Below, in pieces: positions 38,959 to 51,835 of a DNA stretch of 64,000 nucleotides. The first letter of the stretch is position 1. Each line of letters begins with the position of its first letter. A program made the translations under genes and the position numbers. The notes under the pieces are model-generated. The model had not been told where the DNA came from. It saw nothing but the letters and a program-made list of their open reading frames with translations, and made no database searches. The stretch covers positions 73,636-137,635 of the forward strand of contig NMRA01000664.1 in NCBI GenBank assembly GCA_002633005.1, given 5' to 3'. The stretch comes from Phoronis australis. Taxonomy: Eukaryota > Animalia > Phoronida.

Positions 38959-39741
38959 TAAAGGACTTGTGATTTCCATGCAACAAAAGTTGCATAAAAT
39001 AAAAAAGGAATATTTTTAAAAAGTGTAACATCGTTTTTGGGATCTCATCTTGAGCATTTATTTGAAATAAAATTTGTTCCTTGCATAGATATTGCTGTTG
39101 CTATCAATGTTTGTTTCATATTTGTTAAAAAACACAACCTGGATGCTTTCAAGCCTTCTGTTTAGATATGATGGGATAAGAAACCCCCCCCCCCCCCCGC
39201 TCTGAGACATAAATGCGAGAAATTCAAAACATTTCTCTAAATCGATGCTTATCTCATTTAAAGGGGATGTTTACAGCATGACTAAGAAGATACAGAGGCG
39301 GAGGTAAAAAAAAACTGCCACAAGGAGGCACAGCAACAGCTGGATCAGTCTGAAAGTCATAGTCACCTGCCTTCACCTTCATAGGAACACATAGGTGAAA
39401 TCTCAGAAGATCCTGCCAGCAATTAAGGAAATACAGTCTGCTGGTTGCCCAGGCAGATATGATAGCAATACATGACCAGCATGCATACAATAAAGTATTA
39501 CCAACTTAGGATAAAATATGTCTGCATGTGAATCTTCATTTTATATTGCTTCCATGACAGATATGCAGTAGCTAATTAAATGTTTCAATTCCATTTTCAT
39601 GTTCTGTACCACAATGTCAAAAGACCTTGAAAAATGAATGGCAGTTACTTTTGTCCGACATTAAGAGATTTCACCATATGCGGGCTCATACAGAGCAGGC
39701 AACACGATTGTCCTGGCACAATATACTGTGGTAAACTTTAC

Positions 39742-39878
39742 CATCATGTACTGCTGATAATCCGAGCTGTAGGCTTTCATCATTGCTGCTGGATTGTTGA
39801 ACCCCATAGTTGCCTCGGCCTCTACAGAAGTGTCTGCTGAGGACACCGAGTCACTCTCAACACAACTGCGTCTGGTGG
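39742..39878 (-). CDS. SYCP2: SYCP2-like protein, exon 11
   Basis: cacttcactcttgcag| ... |gtaaag, phase 1-0. ATRRSCVESDSVSSADTSVEAEATMGFNNPAAMMKAYSSDYQQYMM leads into the coiled coil. Confidence 0.72.
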
Positions 39879-39984
39879 CTGCAAGAGTGAAGTGGCATCG
39901 TTGGCTAGTTTTGACAAATTCATGAGCTGCCTAAAGTAGTCTATTTTCAAACGTCCAATGGTGAACTGACCCACAAGCAAACAA

Positions 39985-40495
39985 AGAAATTGCAACTAGG
40001 GGACACCAAAGTACTAATGACACTCCTCCAAAAATCAATCTGTCCTCAACACTGGAACACATATTTTTTACTAAAATTTAGTGATGATCATTTCAGCAGT
40101 TCGGCAGGCAGAGATGCAGACATCAAAACAACTGAGTTTAAAATTAATAAAATGGTCATGACAAGCAAAATACATTGTATCCGTCCGAAAATAGGTGTTT
40201 TTATCTCCTTAATATAGTACCGTGCCAAATTTCACGAAAATCTGCCAAGGAATCAGATAAGGACTTAGGCAAACACAGAAATAACACTGTCACTAAAGGC
40301 ACACAGCAGTTGTCGAACCTGTCTGAAAGTTTGCACTAAGCCGGCTCATAGGAACCTGACTGCAAACTTTCAACATCCGTCGAGGGGTTTAGGAGATACA
40401 CAAGCCTGAGATGCCAGATGCTGGATAGATGGACACCGGACGTGCAGATAGAGACGATGGCAATATTCGTCCACATTCTGTATGTGGGCAATTAA
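39985..40495 (+). mobile_element. Degenerate HINE-like fragment (another at ~39310-39430)
   Basis: Monomer motifs (gcaactaggggacac, gccaaatttcacgaaaatc) and a decayed terminal hairpin ccacattctgtatgtggg. Confidence 0.55.
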
Positions 40496-40704
40496 TGAGA
40501 ATGTAACAGTTTATTTAGGCAAAAATTGTGACCACAGTTTAACCATAGAAAACAAGACATGTCCATTTGCCTCATTTCACATTTATTTTAATTGAAAAAT
40601 TTGACACTAGAGTGCCATTGCGTGAAATGAGACGTCCCCGCAGTAAAAGTTGTGTTATCTAAACAGAGCTCAGTTCGCCTGTAAGTACATATGGAACATC
40701 TTAC

Positions 40705-40896
40705 CTCTATCTCTGTTATTGGCGTCGGCGAATAACTGTCTCGGTTGAAGATTGGGATTAGCTGACGAGAGGCCACGATGACTACCACGGTCCTTTAGAA
40801 CACTGTCACCATTGGCACAGTCTCCGTCATCACTATCATCATCGTCGTCATTGTTGTCATCATCATCACCGTGAAAACGATAAGGAAATAAACCAC
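40705..40896 (-). CDS. SYCP2: SYCP2-like protein, exon 10 (acidic)
   Basis: ttaag| ... |gtaaga, 192 nt, phase 1-1. GLFPYRFHGDDDDNNDDDDDSDDGD...NPNLQPRQLFAD: acidic tract followed by an LxPRxLF-like motif as recalled for SYCP2. Acceptor uncertain. Confidence 0.62.
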
Positions 40897-41899
40897 CTTA
40901 AGTAAACACCCTACGAGTAAACTTCAGAACAACTCAAAGCACTTTGCAAGCAAGAAAACATGCTGCCAAACTGGTTTAAAGGGATACAGTTGGTTTTAGA
41001 GTCGAAAACAATCATGTTAGTTGGGGGATCATTGTAGGATGTACTTCTAAAAGTTATTAGCATTGACCAGAGCTGCTTTAAAGCAAATTCCATTGCATTC
41101 TGTGGCCGATTCCCAACAATGGCTTAGACATTCAGTAGAATTAAAAGAAATCGACTGCGAGTGCACATCAAAGTATATCGAGTATCCTGGTAAAAGGCAA
41201 AAATTGGGCAAAGCAAGCATAAAAATAATTTCACCTGACATATTGTGAATGACCTTAGCTCCGCCTATTGCGCATTCTGCTGAGTTCTGTGAACAGTATA
41301 TTGTTTATAAATGACCGAGTGCGCTCAGGTCGCTGAGACGAGCCTGAGTTATACCGCATGTTCAGGCACTCATGTGAATATTGTCACACTGGTCAGATGT
41401 GTTCCACTGCACGTCTGAGTCTCAAGACATCATTAAGTTCCACGGATGGACGGACAGACACACACGTCAATTGTAATGCGTTGCGAAATATAGCTCCAAA
41501 AATGTCACGTGCAACATGTTGTTTGACTCGCATGCAGCTACACAATGTAACCAATCATGAGCTTTGCAATAATAATTGGCCTCAACTTCACACCTACCCA
41601 GAAGGCACATTCAGAAAGGATATATCATATGCAGCTATCCTCGAAACAACCTGTCCTGTCCGCACAGCACTGGCAGGGCCTAAAAAGAATGTCGTGGACT
41701 GCAGTTGTTTTTCAAGTACTTGTGAATTAATTAGGGCTTACTAAAATCCAGCATTGAAACAATTAAGGTTCGGGATCAGAGTCCGAGTTCACCCCGCCAA
41801 AGTTTGTCAAATGTTTCAACAATTAATAAAAATTTCTTAATGACTTCCAATAATTAATCTTTATTGTAATATCTACAGTAGTGTAAATGGTGGCCAAAA

Positions 41900-42770
41900 A
41901 CAACAGTTTCACTTGACTTAATCGTCAAACATTGGTTACTCCTAGCAGCCAACGCAAAGTGATCCCCTTGAGTTTGGTGGATAGAGAGGTGTAGAACAAA
42001 TAAACCGCCTCAAAACTAATAAAAATGGCCGCAAGGTGGCACAGAATACAGCAAATCTGTCTGAAAATGGAGCGGTGTTGTCGTCTCCATAATAGAAACC
42101 TATTCGCTAAATTTTCCGCAGATTTGTCGAGGAACTCTGATTATAGAGCAAATGTAAAAAATAACTAAAATTGCCACCGCGGTGCAAAGCAATGGTCAGA
42201 TTCGTGCAGAGTAGTAGTCTTCTATTGTCACATTCAGAAAAAAACACTCGCTAAATTTCACAAAGATTCTGCAAGGGCTTAAGACATACAGACACTGACC
42301 CAATGAAAATTGTCACGAGAGGTGTCACACTTAAGTCAGTCCCGTACCAAACTCAAGGTCAGAAAGGGTCTCCTAAACTGCTAGGACCACATTGTCATAC
42401 TGAACCTTTGAGCAGTTTGGTGGATTAGGATGTGGACGTCAAAAATATTATAAAAATGACCACTAGGTGGCACAGAATGCATTGAATCTATCCCAAAATG
42501 GGAAGACGTTGTTTCCCAAATACCAAAGATGTCTACCAAATTTCATAAGAATCAATCAAGGAGCTCCAAACATACAAGCTGAGTCAAACGTAAAATTCTG
42601 TAACTGCCACTAGAGGACAGTCAGTGGTATAGTCAGACCGGTCTGTAACTCATCATCAACCGAGAAATCTCATTACGATCCTGCAAGGGGTTTAAGGGAC
42701 ACAGCAGTGGATACCAGGTGCCTAGTACACAGGTATATGCGGTCACATAAACAGATGGGAATTATTATGC
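41900..42770 (+). mobile_element. Degenerate HINE-like copy
   Basis: Diverged monomers with ccactaggtggca (42460) and ccactagagg (42607). Confidence 0.55.
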
Positions 42771-43331
42771 ACACATTAGCAATTATCGCCACTTTCACAA
42801 TAGTGCAAAACATAAGGGGGTCAACTTGAATGCTAGCAGCGTAATACATGCTCTTGACATACTAAATGTGATAATTTGAAAACTTAGGCAAAATCCATTT
42901 GAAAAACATAACAAAACAAAAAAATTCGTATTGGAAAGTCCTGACCCTCTGTGGACATATTTAGGCAATTTTTTTAGCAAAATCTATTTTCAAGAAAAAT
43001 TGTAAGCATGCGCAATAGCTAAGTAACATGGTCTGTTTTTTCAGATCTTTTGGAATAGCTTTCTGACTCTCGGGTGAACTGGTGATCTGGGATTGTACGC
43101 CTGATTAAGGGATATAAAGCTGACCTATACTTTATACAAAATTTTTGTATTGTATTTTATTATTTGGATGAGTAGAGCACCTAGGCACCTAGATGCAGTT
43201 CACTGGTCAATAACAATTTCAAAATTTTTGCACAATTTCAGGACTGTGGAAACAAGTCGTTTTGTAGACACGCCACACACAAACGGCGATAATTGTAAGT
43301 GGTACCTTACCATATTGTAGACTAAATAAAG

Positions 43332-45040
43332 AACAAGAGCAACGTAAAGCATTGACATGCGTCCATGAATGCATTGCAAATGGTGTTCTTTTAGGGTTAT
43401 TTATTCGTATCATAAAAATGGACACTAGATGACGCAAAAACATACAATCCATCCAAAAACAGAAACATGCCATATTTCCTAAAAATCTGTCAAGGAACTA
43501 CAGAGAAACAAAGGAAAACAGAATAAAATGAAATTGCCACTAGTGGGCACACAGTGTCCGTTGGATCCGCCTGAAAGTCGTCGTTGTCTGTTGTTATCTT
43601 CATATAAATAAACTACTTACAAAATTTAGTAAAGATCCTGCAATGGTTTAAGAAATGAGCGCAAAACAAAACTACCACTAGGAGGCGCCACAGTAGTCAG
43701 TCACCATCATCAAAGGTCGTCTTCACACTGAGAACACATATTCCAATTTTCAAATGATTTGGTTGATACAGTGGTGGACACCAAAAACAAAATTTGAAAA
43801 CAGCAAAAATGGCCACTAGGTGGTGCAAAATACCTCAATTCCATCCAAAAACAGGAAGATAGCGTCATCACACCAATAGAGGCCTATATTTCAAATTTTA
43901 TGAAAATCTGTTGAGGACCTTTGAAGACACTGAGTTAAACGTAAAAAACTAAAATTGCCACTAGGGGACACAGCAGGAATCAGATCTATCCGAAAGTCGT
44001 CGTCATCCGTAGTCAACATCATATAAATACACTTGCTAAATTAAGTAAAGATCCTGCGAACGGTTTAGGAGATACAGCCATAGGCACAACAAAAACAAAA
44101 CTACAACTAGGAGGCGCCACAGTAGTCAAAATCGGCGGAAAATTATTGTCAACCATCCTCTTTATAGTAAGCACATACATGACAATTTTCACAATCATCC
44201 TTTGAGCGGTTTGGTTGATGGAGGGGTGGATGCAAAAAACAGACTCAAAAACAGTAAAAATGGCCACTAGGTGGCGCAAAAAGTCGAATCCATCCGAAAA
44301 CGGGAGGATACCGTCACCTCAATAATAGGTGCCTATATATTAAATTTCATGAAAATTCGTTAAGGACTTTTGAAGATAAGATAAACGTAAAAAGAAATAA
44401 AATTGCCACTAGGGGGCACACGGGTAGTCGGATCTGTCCAAAAGTCGTTGTCGTCCGTTGTTAACGTCATATAAATATACTTACTAAATTTCATAAAGAT
44501 CCTGCGAACGGTTTAGGAGATACAGCCATAGGCGCAAAAAAACTGCCACTAAGAGGCGAAATCGTTGGAAAATTGTCAACCGTCCTCTTCATAATAAGCA
44601 CATACATGCCCATTTTCACAATCATCCTTTGAGCGGTTTGATTGATAGAGGGGTGGACGCAAAAAAACAGACCCGAAAACAGTAAAAATGGCCACTAGGT
44701 GGCGCAAACTATGTTAATTCCATCCGAAAACGGGAGGATAGTGTCATCTCACTAAAAGGTGCCTACATTCCAAATTTCATGAAAATCCGTTCAGGAGTTT
44801 TGAAGATACAAAGGTAAGCGTAAAAAACTAAAATTGCCACTAGGGGGCATACCAGTAGTCGGATCCGTCCGAAAGTTCACTCATGCCGTCCCATTCATGA
44901 ATGGAACATATGTGCCAAATTTCTTGAACGTATGTCAAACGGTTTTGGAGATAGAGCAGCGGTCGCCGGATGGACGCTACCCGGACAGACGGACGGAGAT
45001 GATGACATAATGCGTCCACATATATGTGGGCGCATAAAAA
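43332..45040 (+). mobile_element. Helentron/HINE-like element with tandem ~143-bp monomers in ~430-450-bp trimers
   Basis: 5' aacaagagcaacg. Monomer cores at about 43537, 43675, 43813, 43958, 44104, 44264, 44406, 44546, 44692, 44837. cggacagacggacgga tract. Palindrome tgcgtccacatatatgtgggcgca (45011-45034) then taaaaa. Confidence 0.75.
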
Positions 45041-45072
45041 CAGAAGCAGATATCGAGATCTGTTGCACTTAC

Positions 45073-45175
45073 CCGATGTGGCATGTTTGGCATCGTGTTT
45101 TTTGACAGAACTTGAGAACGAAATGTCTTCAAAGTTCAACACGACCGCATCTTCCAAAGAAATAACAGGCTGGTC
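45073..45175 (-). CDS. SYCP2: SYCP2-like protein, exon 9
   Basis: tttcag| ... |gtaagt, phase 0-1. DQPVISLEDAVVLNFEDISFSSSVKKHDAKHATS. Confidence 0.7.
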
Positions 45176-46036
45176 CTGAAACAGTTGATGAAAGTTAAAA
45201 GGGACTGAATCGCACCTCAGACTACGAAGAGTCTTTTGTTATATTTCAATATCAGTTTATGTGCTATCTTGACCAAAAGCCAACAGGGGTGATTTGAAAT
45301 AGGGTACGCGCGTGAGCACGAGTTTGACCCACAAAATCTTACAGTCCCCAGTCAGCTTAAAAAAATCCTAAGCTAACACCCTCACTGATAGAGACTGAGC
45401 AACTCGATTGATTTGTGTAACTCGAAATCCGCCGGCATTGACCAAAAGACACCATGCTCTTGTAGTACATTACATCGCTTCAGGCTGCTGATGTCATCGT
45501 TCTCTAGATAATCAGACCCATCATAAACACATTGGGGGGTGACACAGTATTTGAAAATTTTCATTTCGAAAGGTTTCAAATAGCATACTTGAAAAGTTCA
45601 TGGAAAGTACCTGTACGTGGGATTTGGTATATATAGTTTCGAAAAATGGAGAATGCAGCTTTTACAACCTAAAACCTAATGTATAATGTTGCCATATTTT
45701 GTTCCTCTTCTGCTTGGGGTGCAACATAATTGGGCCAATTACCAAACCACCTGGTAGCAGTTGGATTTTGAGGTAAGCTTTGTATCATCATACAATGCTT
45801 GGCAGGAAGATCAATTTACCCTTGCCATCACTAAAACACGTTCACTCGCTAGTTTAGGTTACGAAGAAACTTGCTTAATTTCTCAGTGAATCTGCAATAA
45901 CAAACATGCAGCGTGGAATTTTTATTGTACTTACAAAAAAGTATTGCTCAGAAAAATCTAAAGTTTCCAATTAATTTTGAACTTTGTTAAGTTACATCTC
46001 CTAAATAAAATGGCGCACTTGTTGATAATTCCTTGT

Positions 46037-47890
46037 AAACAAGAGCAACGCGGAGCGTTGAAATGCGCCCATGAATGCATCGCAAATGGTGTGCTTTTAG
46101 GGTTATTTATTTGTATCATAATAATCAGGGCTTGGAATGACCAATGACAAAAAACGCGGAAACTTTTACGGCCCAAATCATGCCCGATAACCAGCCTTTG
46201 AAATGGTCAATGTGAACCTGTCCGCGACAAAAATCGGGAGGACTAAAAAAACGTTACCACCATCAGTAGCATGCATCTGCGTCCTTTTCGCTCGCTCGCC
46301 CGTCCACTCCCAACTCACACAAATATGGCTGCAGAGCGGTAGTATTTGTCGCTGCACTGAACAATAACACGAGCCGCCATTGAAAATCAGACCACGCTTT
46401 ACCCAGATGCCCCGGCAATGTTGACAATTTATGTTCCTCCGAAACATAAAGACTTCCGTTTTCCGAGGTGAACGTCGTCTGCAACGCCGCGGTAAGAAAG
46501 GAATTTGCCGCGGAAATTTCATATCAAATCCGATTTTTTTACGTGGAAATATTATAAAAAAAAGCGGAAAGCACATTTCAAAAAAGCGGAAATCCGCGTT
46601 TCCGCTGAAAATTCCAAGCCCTGAATAATGGCCACTAAATGGCGCAAAAACGTACAATCCATCCAAAAAAAGGGAACATGCCATATTTCATAAAAGCCTG
46701 TCAAGGAACCCCAGAGAACCAAAGGAAAACACAGCAAAATGAAATTGCCACTTGTGGGCACAGCGTCCGTTCGAACCGCCTGAAAGACGTGGTCACTTAC
46801 TAAATTAAATAAAGATCCTGCAGAGGGTTTTGGAGATACAGCTATGGGCGCAAATCAAAGTAAAACTACCACAAGGAGGCACCACAGTAGTCAGTTGCCA
46901 TCATCAAACGTCCTCTTCACACTGAAAACATATATGCCAATTTTCAAAACCATCCCTAGAAAGATTTGGTTGATCGAGGGGTAGACGTCAAAAACAAGAT
47001 TTGAAGACAGCAAAAATGACCACCAGGTGGCGCAAAATACCTCGCTTCCATCCAAAAATAGGATGATAGCACCGTCTCACCAATAGATGCCAATATTCAA
47101 AATTTTATGAAAATCTTTGAAGATACAGACTGGCAAACTAAAACTAAAATTGCCACTCGAAAACAGCAAAAATGGCAACTAGGTGGCGCAAACTAGGTCG
47201 AATTCCTCTGAAAACAGAGATAGCATCACCTCATTAACAGATGTCAGTACGCCAAATTTTATGAAAATACGTTAAGGACCCTTGAACATACAGAGGTTAA
47301 CGTAAAATAATTAAAATTGTCACTAGGTGGCACACCAGTAGTCAGATCCGTCTGAAAGTCGTCGTCCTTCGTTTTTAACACCATATAAATAGTACACTTA
47401 AGTACTAAATTTAGTAAAGATCCTGCGAACAGTTTACGAGACACAGCCATAGGAGCAAAAAAAAACAAAACTGACTCTAGGAGGTGCCACAGTAGTCGAA
47501 GTCGTCGGAAAATCATTGTCGGCCATCCACTTCAAAGTAAGAACATACATGCCACAATCATCCCTTGAGCGCTTTGGTTGATAGAGGGGCTCGAAAACAG
47601 TAAAAGTGGCCACTAGGTGGCGCAAACTACAATGAATCCATCCGAAAACGGGAGGATAGCCTCATCTCACTAATAGGTGCCTTTATACCAAATTTCATGA
47701 AAATCCGTTCAGGACTTTTAAGCGTAAAAAACTAAAATTGCCACTAGGGGGCACACTAGTAGTCGGATCCGTCCGAAAGTTCGCTCATGCTGTCCCATTC
47801 ATGGAAGGAACACATGTGCAAAATTTCATGACCATACATCAAGGCGTTTTGGAGATAGAGTCCACATATAAATATGTGGGCGCATAATAA
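46037..47890 (+). mobile_element. Helentron/HINE-like element interrupted by a CAGGG MITE
   Basis: Same termini and monomers as 43332-45040. 5' hairpin caacgc-gga-gcgttg. Confidence 0.75.
46126..46623. mobile_element. 498-bp MITE with CAGGGCTTGGAAT TIR and 6-bp target duplication (hAT-like termini)
   Basis: aataat|CAGGGCTTGGAAT ... ATTCCAAGCCCTG|aataat. Uninterrupted sister HINE copies read atcataaaaatgg at this site. Confidence 0.85.
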
Positions 47891-48240
47891 TGTAGTAAAT
47901 AAACATGCGCATATTGTATTGTTCAAAATTTCTTGTAATGTAAATAGTCATGCTAGACTGAAGTAAAAAAATGAACCTGAAAAAATTCCCTTGTCTCATC
48001 AATACATTGGCTTATTGGTTTAGGTTATCAGGAAACTCGAGTATATTATCCACAAACGTGCAGCGAGGAACAATTAGTGTACTTATAGAAAACGAAACAA
48101 GCATTTACATGATCTATTCTCAAATGTTGTGCATCTGCTGGTTCAAGTGGGGATGCGATGTAACAAAATAACATTCATCCATAGGTATTTCATTAGAGGG
48201 TTTTGTGTGCACATCACTGCACTCATGAACCTCAATTTAA

Positions 48241-49512
48241 AGGAGAATGCAACCTTTTTTCATGTCATGTTTTAATAAAAATACAGTTGATTATCCCAGA
48301 CGCAATTTTCAGTAAATAAATGTTTCAGTAATGTTATTAATTAGGCGTGCCTTACTCCGGAAGTGACGGTTAGGGGATTACGAATTTCCCGCCGTTTTGC
48401 TTTCATACAGTTTTGACTGTGTGAGCTGTCAAGTCAGTCATTGTTTTACCTCGGTTGTGGTAAGTCCAGTCGTCGTTAGCACTTGTTTACGAGTCAGTCA
48501 ATACCCTGCACGGTTGCTGCGTACCGGGATGTACTCATTATCGTCTCATGCGCACTTTGGGTATTCCATTACATCGGTTTCCGAAAGATGACACAATCCG
48601 CCGCACTTGACTCATTCGTGTGAAGAACACAGCGTTACCCGTCCACAAATCGGAGCATTACCGAGTGTGTGGCAAGCATTTTCTGAAGTCGGATTACGAA
48701 ATTAAGATTTATACACAGAATTGATGGAGTACTGTTCCTGCAAAACAACACTGTTGATTTGTGGCAGTCCGCTGTTGCCACCCCCAAGAAGTGCATTTTT
48801 GAAGGTAGCTGTGGCCTCTACAGTGTCTGCAGCCCAGAGCCTGTAAGCAGTCCTGCAGAGATGTTTAGTAATGGGAGAGCATACAGGCCCAGTTTGACAC
48901 CCAGTGAGGACAGTTCATCGTCCAGTGAACAGGCCGGTGAGCCAAACTTTGATAAGTTTATTGTGGATTTGACTAAAGTATTGGAGACATTTAGAAGGTG
49001 CCAGGTGTGTGGCGAGGGAGTCACACGGCGGGATGTAAGAAGTTTGGGTGGTCAAGTCCCCATCCAGTGGGAACAGCAAAGGCATTCCACTGAGGTCAGC
49101 ATAACAGTGTACACCGTGCATTTGGACCAAGACATCCGACCACGTCTCTCCTCGGTTTCTGCCTCAACAGCTGTCTGAGCATATTCTGCCTCACTGAACT
49201 CGGGCTCAAACATAGAGTGTTCGCAAAACATTCGCCACCTCGTCACTGTCTGTGATATGGGTCGCCGTGACGACAAAGAAAGTTAGGAAACCAGGACAAA
49301 AACAACAGTAAATCAGATCCTGACAGAAAAATTAACTCAAACGCAGAAACAAAATAGCGGGAAATTTTTAACCCCTTAAACGTCACTTGCGTAGTAGGGC
49401 ACGGTTATCTCATAAAATTACGGGAAGCCGTAATTAACTGAAACATATGTTTGGGATAATCAATGAACCACATTTTTACTAAAAATGACACGGAAAAAAG
49501 TTGCTTTCTCCT
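48241..49512 (+). mobile_element. Internally deleted Kolobok transposon with THAP and transposase N-terminal remnants
   Basis: ttaa|AGGAGAATGCAAC ... GTTGCTTTCTCCT|ttag with ~150-bp imperfect TIRs. THAP CCVPGCTHY...LHRFPKDDTIRRT*LIRV...RVCGKHF (48515-48700). Downstream KFIVDLTKVLETFRRCQVCG resembles Kolobok transposase N-termini. Confidence 0.8.
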
Positions 49513-49813
49513 TTAGAGGAGTTATTTGCTGGCACAGGAGACGAAAATATTTTTGCTAAAAAATCACACAACATTGAATTGCATTAAAATAGCTACAATA
49601 GGTATGAATGAACATTTGTTTAACAACCACCATTAAACGTCACCTCATATTTCAATGAGTCATCCCCGCAACATGTTAATAGCCCATAAAAGGTGAGATG
49701 ACTCACACTATTAACGAGCTGGGAAACACAGACGAGACACCAGAAATTGTTATAGCGAGCAAAAACACACAAACCAATTAATAAACGCAAATAATGTAAC
49801 TACACAGAAAGAC

Positions 49814-49957
49814 CTGCTCTCTATTTTGTTTGCCAGTGCTTGAAAAACAGCGAGGTGTCGTTGTATTGGAGAAATGCGAGAAGCTACTCATGGGTGACAC
49901 AGTGGATAAAACCAGATCAGTAATATCTTCAGCGATGACGACTTCCTCTCCACCACG
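49814..49957 (-). CDS. SYCP2: SYCP2-like protein, exon 8
   Basis: ttttgcag| ... cag|gtcttt (weak donor), 144 nt, phase 0-0. RGGEEVVIAEDITDLVLSTVSPMSSFSHFSNTTTPRCFSSTGKQNREQ. Confidence 0.62.
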
Positions 49958-50213
49958 CTGCAAAACAACAACTTCAGTATGTCACAATTAGCTCAAGGGA
50001 GATGTGCTGCATAAATGATCATAACAGAATGGTTGGCCTAAGTGTTAATTAATCAACCTTTTTATAGATGAGATGTCACTGGATTGTCGTAAACAGTTTG
50101 CTTACAACAAACAAAACAAGTAGTAAACTACATTTCTACCCAAAAGGTAGCAAAACAATCACATATTCCACAAATCTGTAGACTTATTATTATGGATGTG
50201 CTTGCTGTCCATA

Positions 50214-51835
50214 CCAAGAGCAATGCAGAGTTTTGAAATGTGAGCATGACTACAATGCAAACAGTGTGCTTCTTAGGGTGTTTATCATGAGTGACAAAAA
50301 GTGGACACTAGGTGGCGCAGAATACGTCAAATCCATCCCAAAATAGAAAGATGCCATGTCCATCATAACAGAAACTTGTTTGTCAAATTAAAATAAAAAC
50401 TGTCAAAGAACTATGAAGATGCAGAGGCAAATGTAAAAACTAAAATTTTAACTAGGGGGTACAGTGGTAGCCAGAACCATCCAAAAGTCGTAAGCAGCCG
50501 TAGTCATATTTATAGCATAATACCTACAAAATTTCAAAAAGAACCTTCAAAGGAGTGAGGAGATACAGCCGAGGATGCAAAAAAGTAAAAAAATTGCCAC
50601 CAGGAGGTGTCACAGTTGTCACATTTGTTCAGAAATCAAGACTCTCCTTATCAGTAATGATACGGATTTGAAAAAAATAAATATAGTCACTAGTAGGTGG
50701 TGCAAAAACACATCAAATCCCTACGCAAATGGAAGACTACCGCCAACTCCTCAATAGAAACCTATTTGCCAAATTTCCGAAAAACGCAACGATGAACTCC
50801 AAAAATACAGAGGCTAACATACAAACCACAACTGCCACTAGGGGGCACAGTAGTAGTCGAAAGGGTAGGAAACTCGTCATAATATGTTGTCAGGTCCATA
50901 GGAGCACATCCGCCAAATTTCAAAAGGGTTAAGCAGCCGTACATGAAAAACGCCACCAGAGGGCACCAAAGTAGTCAAACCTGTCTGAATATCACCGTAA
51001 GCCGCAGCCTTCTCAACTGAAACACATCTGCCAATTCTCAAAACAATCCTTTAAGTAGTTTGGCGGATAGAGATGCAACCCTAAAAATGGACTCGAAACT
51101 GATAAAAATTCCCACTAGGAGGCACACAGTATGTAAAATCTGTCCAAAAATGGAAAGGCATTGTTGTAACTTTCATAGAAACCTATTTGCCAGGTTTCAC
51201 GAAAAACCATAAATGAACTCCAAAAATACAAGTCAGGAAAATGCAAAAAAAATTAACTACGGGGCACACCAATCGTTGGATTGGGCTGAAACTTATCATC
51301 AGACGTTGTCAGCTCCATAGAAACACATATGCGAAATTTCCCAAAATTCTTACAAATTGATAAAGAGATACAGCCATGGCTGCAAAACTAACAAGTCCAA
51401 AATCAACAACAACTGCAGTATCCTCATCATAAACTCACCTGCCATTCATAAAGATCCTTCAGGCGGTTTGGCAGATAGAAAGGCGGACACCAAATAAATT
51501 GCCACTATGTGGCGCAGAATCATCAAACAGATCCGAAAAAGGAAAGATGACGTCGTCTTCATAATAGAAACCTGTATGCCATATTCTATGAAAATACACC
51601 CAAGAATTACAAAGACACAGAGACAACCGTAAAAAACTAAAATTGCAACTAGGGGGCACAATGGTAGTTGAATCAATCCGAAATTCGTCGTCATCCGTTG
51701 TCAGCTTCATAAAAGCACATCTGTCAAATCTCATTGAGATCCTGCACGGGGTTTAGGAGATACAGCTTTGGAAGCAGGACGCCCAGACAGAGGTGACGGC
51801 AATATGCACTCAGATGTAAATATGTGGGTGTATAA
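50214..51835 (+). mobile_element. Older, diverged HINE-like copy
   Basis: caagagcaatgcagag start, repeated cactag(g/a)(t/g)ggc cores and a decayed terminal hairpin. Confidence 0.65.

Noticed and set aside
26922-39878. Calling the gene SYCP3
   Set aside because: SYCP3 is short, whereas this coil is preceded by several hundred residues of in-frame disordered exons. It would be reinstated if the coil exons prove to be a separate transcript.
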